DNA from: a virus
Lineage: Duplodnaviria > Caudoviricetes
Length of the DNA: 46,461 nt
Direction: 5' to 3' (one strand)
IMG/VR virus record: IMGVR_UViG_3300038673_000301
Coordinates: 1 to 46,461 of that record
The notes beneath the pieces are model-generated. The model was not told the DNA's origin, did no database searches, and was given only the letters and a program-made list of their open reading frames with translations. Position numbers and translations under genes: made by a program. Positions 43,864 to 46,461 of this stretch are shown here, piece after piece; the stretch's first letter is position 1, and every line of letters begins with the position of its first letter.

Positions 43864-44088
43864 TTAAACCTCCCTCTCAACAACTTCGAATGTTCGGTTT
43901 CCCACTTTGAAAAAAACACGGTCCACGTCCTGCACAATTTCAACACGCTCTGGCACGAACGTAAACGTAACTTTTGAAAAATCATCAACGGGCACATCTA
44001 TATGAATGTTCTGTACATAGTCCAGCCGCTGCCCGTTTAATTCGATCACGTTATCCAGCCAGTCTGTGCCACATAGCTTAAAACTCAT
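43864..44088 (-). CDS. Hypothetical protein
   Basis: IELNGQRLDYVQNIHID..KVTFTF, a small beta protein pattern common in phages. Confidence 0.65.
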   Translation of the reverse strand: MSFKLCGTDWLDNVIELNGQRLDYVQNIHIDVPVDDFSKVTFTFVPERVEIVQDVDRVFFKVGNRTFEVVEREV

Positions 44089-44098
44089 GGGTTTCGTT

Positions 44099-44254
44099 TC
44101 ACAGCCCCCTTGATTCTATAAGCGCGTAGTTGTTCACTATCCGATATAAAGACTTTTTAATTTCCTTTATATCTTCGCTGTGCCCGTCTGTCCAAATTTC
44201 GTCCAGCCGTCCTTCTATCTTCTCCACTTCTTTTAATATATCGAACTGTTCCAT
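44099..44254 (-). CDS. Small helical protein (51 aa)
   Basis: Manual translation MEQFDILKEVEKIEGRLDEIW...; GGGGG RBS. Confidence 0.5.
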   Translation of the reverse strand: MEQFDILKEVEKIEGRLDEIWTDGHSEDIKEIKKSLYRIVNNYALIESRGL

Positions 44255-44303
44255 ATCAAAACCCCCGTTTATAGGCAGCGCATATCGATTGTGCTTCCCG
44301 ATT

Positions 44304-44410
44304 TCATTTCGTTTTAAAGACCGTTTTTAAGCCCAACACGGCATTTTGCCCCCACCCCAATAGAAACATATTAACCGGGTTCTAAAATCACCGTGGCGGC
44401 CCACTGGCGC
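44304..44410 (+). repeat. Intergenic repeat family, copy R4
   Basis: About 66 bp of strong similarity to 9230-9295; right arm TAAAATCACCGT similar to R3. Confidence 0.75.
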
Positions 44411-44417
44411 GTTCCTA

Positions 44418-44873
44418 TCATATCCTGCACGCCGTACCTTTACACACGGCCTTTTCTTCCGCCCCCAACTTCATGTCCATAACTTCTTTCGATAGTTTCT
44501 CAACGGTCCGTTCCAAACCCTGCAACTTTACAAGAATCTGCCGGCGGTCGTCCTCTTCGTTTAATAGGTCTTGGTAGCATTCCCGATGATACACTTTTAA
44601 GCCGACCGATACTCTTTCGCTTCGGTCGTATATCGGGCTGCGGCAGCGCGAGCATGTTTCCGGCGTTTCCACTGCACACCGACAATTCGGCCCGGTGTCC
44701 GGGGCCGCGACCGTTTCCAATTCTTTTATAAGATGTTCTGCAACCGCCACAAGTCCGCCCGGCCCCAAACGCCCGGAGTTATAATCATATACGGCCTGCT
44801 GTAAGTCCTGTGTAAACAGTATAATTTTATCTGCGGTGTATCCAAAGTCGCCGTAAAAGTCGCTGTCGTTCAT
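44418..44873 (-). CDS. Protein with LIM-like zinc finger and coiled coil
   Basis: CSRC..GLKVYHREC; start MNDSD after AGGTG. Confidence 0.65.
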   Translation of the reverse strand: MNDSDFYGDFGYTADKIILFTQDLQQAVYDYNSGRLGPGGLVAVAEHLIKELETVAAPDTGPNCRCAVETPETCSRCRSPIYDRSERVSVGLKVYHRECYQDLLNEEDDRRQILVKLQGLERTVEKLSKEVMDMKLGAEEKAVCKGTACRI

Positions 44874-45094
44874 GTTATCACCTTTAACAACATATACAAA
44901 ATTATTGCAGCCTGCATCAAAATAATAAACAGCATCAACGATGCCTCTTTTGCTATACTTACGCAACGGTGATGATATAAATCTTTTCCAATCCAGCGGC
45001 CTGTATTATTCGACACCGGCTGCATACACACCGGGCACACTTTCACACCACACGTCCAAAAAACTTTTTTACCGTTGTTTTCTAATTCGTTCAC
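44870..45094 (-). CDS. LIM-like zinc finger protein with C-terminal TM helix
   Basis: CPVC..GKDLYHHRC then LMLFIILMQAAIILYMLL; start uncertain. Confidence 0.55.
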   Translation of the reverse strand: MNELENNGKKVFWTCGVKVCPVCMQPVSNNTGRWIGKDLYHHRCVSIAKEASLMLFIILMQAAIILYMLLKVIT

Positions 45095-45251
45095 TTTCCT
45101 GCCCCCATAACAGTTTATAAACTTGATGCATTCGCGGATAATGCACCAAACGCGATTCCCCGACCTCGTCGGTAATTTCTGCAAGAAGTTCTCCCGCCTC
45201 TGCATCGGTCAAGATAATGTTTATTAGTCCACCGTCTTTATAATGTATCAT
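45069..45251 (-). CDS. Hypothetical protein
   Basis: 60-aa ATG ORF in the operon. Confidence 0.5.
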   Translation of the reverse strand: MIHYKDGGLINIILTDAEAGELLAEITDEVGESRLVHYPRMHQVYKLLWGQESERIRKQR

Positions 45252-45381
45252 TGTTTACCGTCCTTGTATAAGCGTTCCCGGCGCTTTCGTGTAGTCAATT
45301 CAAACGCGGCGGCCCACGGGTCGCCGTCATCTGCATGTTTTTTATACCGTTTCATTCTACCAACCGCACCCGGCGCGCGTG

Positions 45382-45630
45382 TTAGTGTTCCTCTATACAG
45401 AACTGTTCCAGCGCGTCGCTTAACGATGTTCTTTTAACTGTTGCCCGGCCTATTTCCCGGTTCAGTTTTTCAACTGCAGCCGATACTTTGCCGGCGTAGG
45501 TCCGGCCCAATAACCGCCCGATCATTCCCGGCGGCCTTATATACCGTTCCCTGTAAACGTGGCCGGTCGTGTCGTCCTGTATATAGACGTAAGTAAAGCC
45601 GGCCGATGCTTTCGTTTTAACTGTCATCAT
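45382..45630 (-). CDS. Hypothetical protein
   Basis: 82 aa with GGGGG RBS. Confidence 0.6.
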   Translation of the reverse strand: MMTVKTKASAGFTYVYIQDDTTGHVYRERYIRPPGMIGRLLGRTYAGKVSAAVEKLNREIGRATVKRTSLSDALEQFCIEEH

Positions 45631-45740
45631 TTATTTATACCCCCATGTTTTTAATACCGGTCGCTTCCATAATTGCCCCCAAAAAACTGCTCGTCGCACG
45701 TAACCCGCACGTTTAATTTTACCTGTGCGTCTATTTCCAT

Positions 45741-46112
45741 TTAATCAGCCTTCCCGTATAGCCGGCCCAGCCGTTCCGGGTGTTCAGCCATGTGACACAC
45801 CACACACAAAATTTCGATGTTGTCCGACCGGGCGTTCTTTATGTTCCGGTCTTTGTGGTGCCTGTGGTGCTTCTTTCCGGTTTCGTCGTAAGCGCCGCAC
45901 CGTTCGCAATGGTGTGTATCCCGGCCGCTTGCCCTCACGACCGCTTCGGCCCTGTAAAACATTGCCCGGCGGCTCGATGGCACATAATCGCTTATAACCT
46001 CATAAACACCGGGTTCAACTTCGTAAATTTCATTGTTTCCACACATAATGGTTGCCTCCATTCGATATTTACCATTATGTACATTATTAGATATAAAGAT
46101 TTCGTTGTGCAA
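45741..46112 (-). CDS. HNH endonuclease
   Basis: CERCG..HRHHKDRN..N..DNIEILCVVCH..EH; start may be ATG 46046. Confidence 0.85.
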   Translation of the reverse strand: MHNEIFISNNVHNGKYRMEATIMCGNNEIYEVEPGVYEVISDYVPSSRRAMFYRAEAVVRASGRDTHHCERCGAYDETGKKHHRHHKDRNIKNARSDNIEILCVVCHMAEHPERLGRLYGKAD

Positions 46113-46407
46113 TGGCCGGCACTATTTCGCCCGCCCGTTTGTGTTTTGAAAAATTCGCCACTTCGCGCGGTGATTTGGGCGGGTTATCTTTTAACAGTTG
46201 ATACATGGCCAGCCGCTTCAGTTTTTTTCTAAATGGCATACGCGGCGGCCGGTTCTCTTCGGCTATCAGCATAGCATATAACAGTATAAACATTATTTCT
46301 ACATAGTCCCGGTCCCGGCCGTAGCCGTCGGCCGTATCCGATATTAGCTGAATTGTTGCCGGGTCCACGTCGGCGGCCGCGCGAATATAAAATTTTAAGA
46401 AGTCGCT
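46087..46407 (-). CDS. C-terminal half of the DUF7004-like protein (continues from 1..274)
   Basis: LYAMLIAEEN..KKLKRLAMYQLL..EVANFSK motif; in frame across the junction. Confidence 0.7.
   Translation of the reverse strand, partial: SDFLKFYIRAAADVDPATIQLISDTADGYGRDRDYVEIMFILLYAMLIAEENRPPRMPFRKKLKRLAMYQLLKDNPPKSPREVANFSKHKRAGEIVPAIAQRNLYI
46353..46407 (+). repeat. Terminal direct repeat, right copy
   Basis: Identical to 1-55. Confidence 0.95.
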
Positions 46408-46461
46408 CTGACATACTCCACACGCTAAAGCTGTGTGGGTTCTACGGTTATTTTTCTGTTT
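46408..46461 (-). mobile_element. Right end of an IS200/IS605-family element (partial; alternative allele)
   Basis: Minus strand AGAACCCACACAGCTTTAGCGTGTGGAGTATGTCAG: a subterminal hairpin with CTTTAG loop ending GTCAG. The empty allele has TTTAC immediately 5' of the junction. Confidence 0.65.

Noticed and set aside
44670-44700. PNCRC motif echoing the MuF domain end
   Set aside because: A five-residue match with no other MuF features; probably chance.
486-46232. The many plus-strand ORFs in the track (e.g. 30532..31239, 28902..29462, 34767..35306)
   Set aside because: They are antisense shadows of well-supported minus-strand genes, with no RBS and no recognisable motifs.

Overview
The window is an apparently complete, circularly permuted genome of about 46.35 kb from a tailed archaeal virus (Caudoviricetes, siphovirus-like: HK97 capsid, portal, terminase, tail tube, 730-aa tape measure, no sheath). 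Essentially all real genes are on the minus strand. Bases 1-55 recur exactly at 46353-46407, and a gene reads through that junction. The host is inferred to be a Methanosarcinaceae member, based on archaeal BRE/TATA promoters and a protein that closely resembles Methanosarcina disaggregatase (beta-helix plus DNRLRE domain). No integrase, DNA polymerase, tRNA, CRISPR array or reverse transcriptase was recognised. Main points of interest: (1) a candidate egress or aggregate-dispersal system made of a secreted disaggregatase homolog, a membrane-anchored surface glycoprotein and holin-like genes behind matching late promoters; (2) a 70-bp palindrome present twice in inverted orientation (67/70 identical), one copy in frame inside the helicase-primase gene; (3) a terminal 54-nt branch resembling an IS200/IS605 right end inserted 3' of TTAC; (4) a candidate antisense sRNA carrying an anti-Shine-Dalgarno sequence, and a structured 5' leader in front of three paralogous early genes; (5) a TTT-CGC +1 frameshift in the tail chaperone; (6) a MuF-metallopeptidase fusion; (7) a family of about 100-bp intergenic elements. 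All family assignments come from motif recognition by eye, not database searches.
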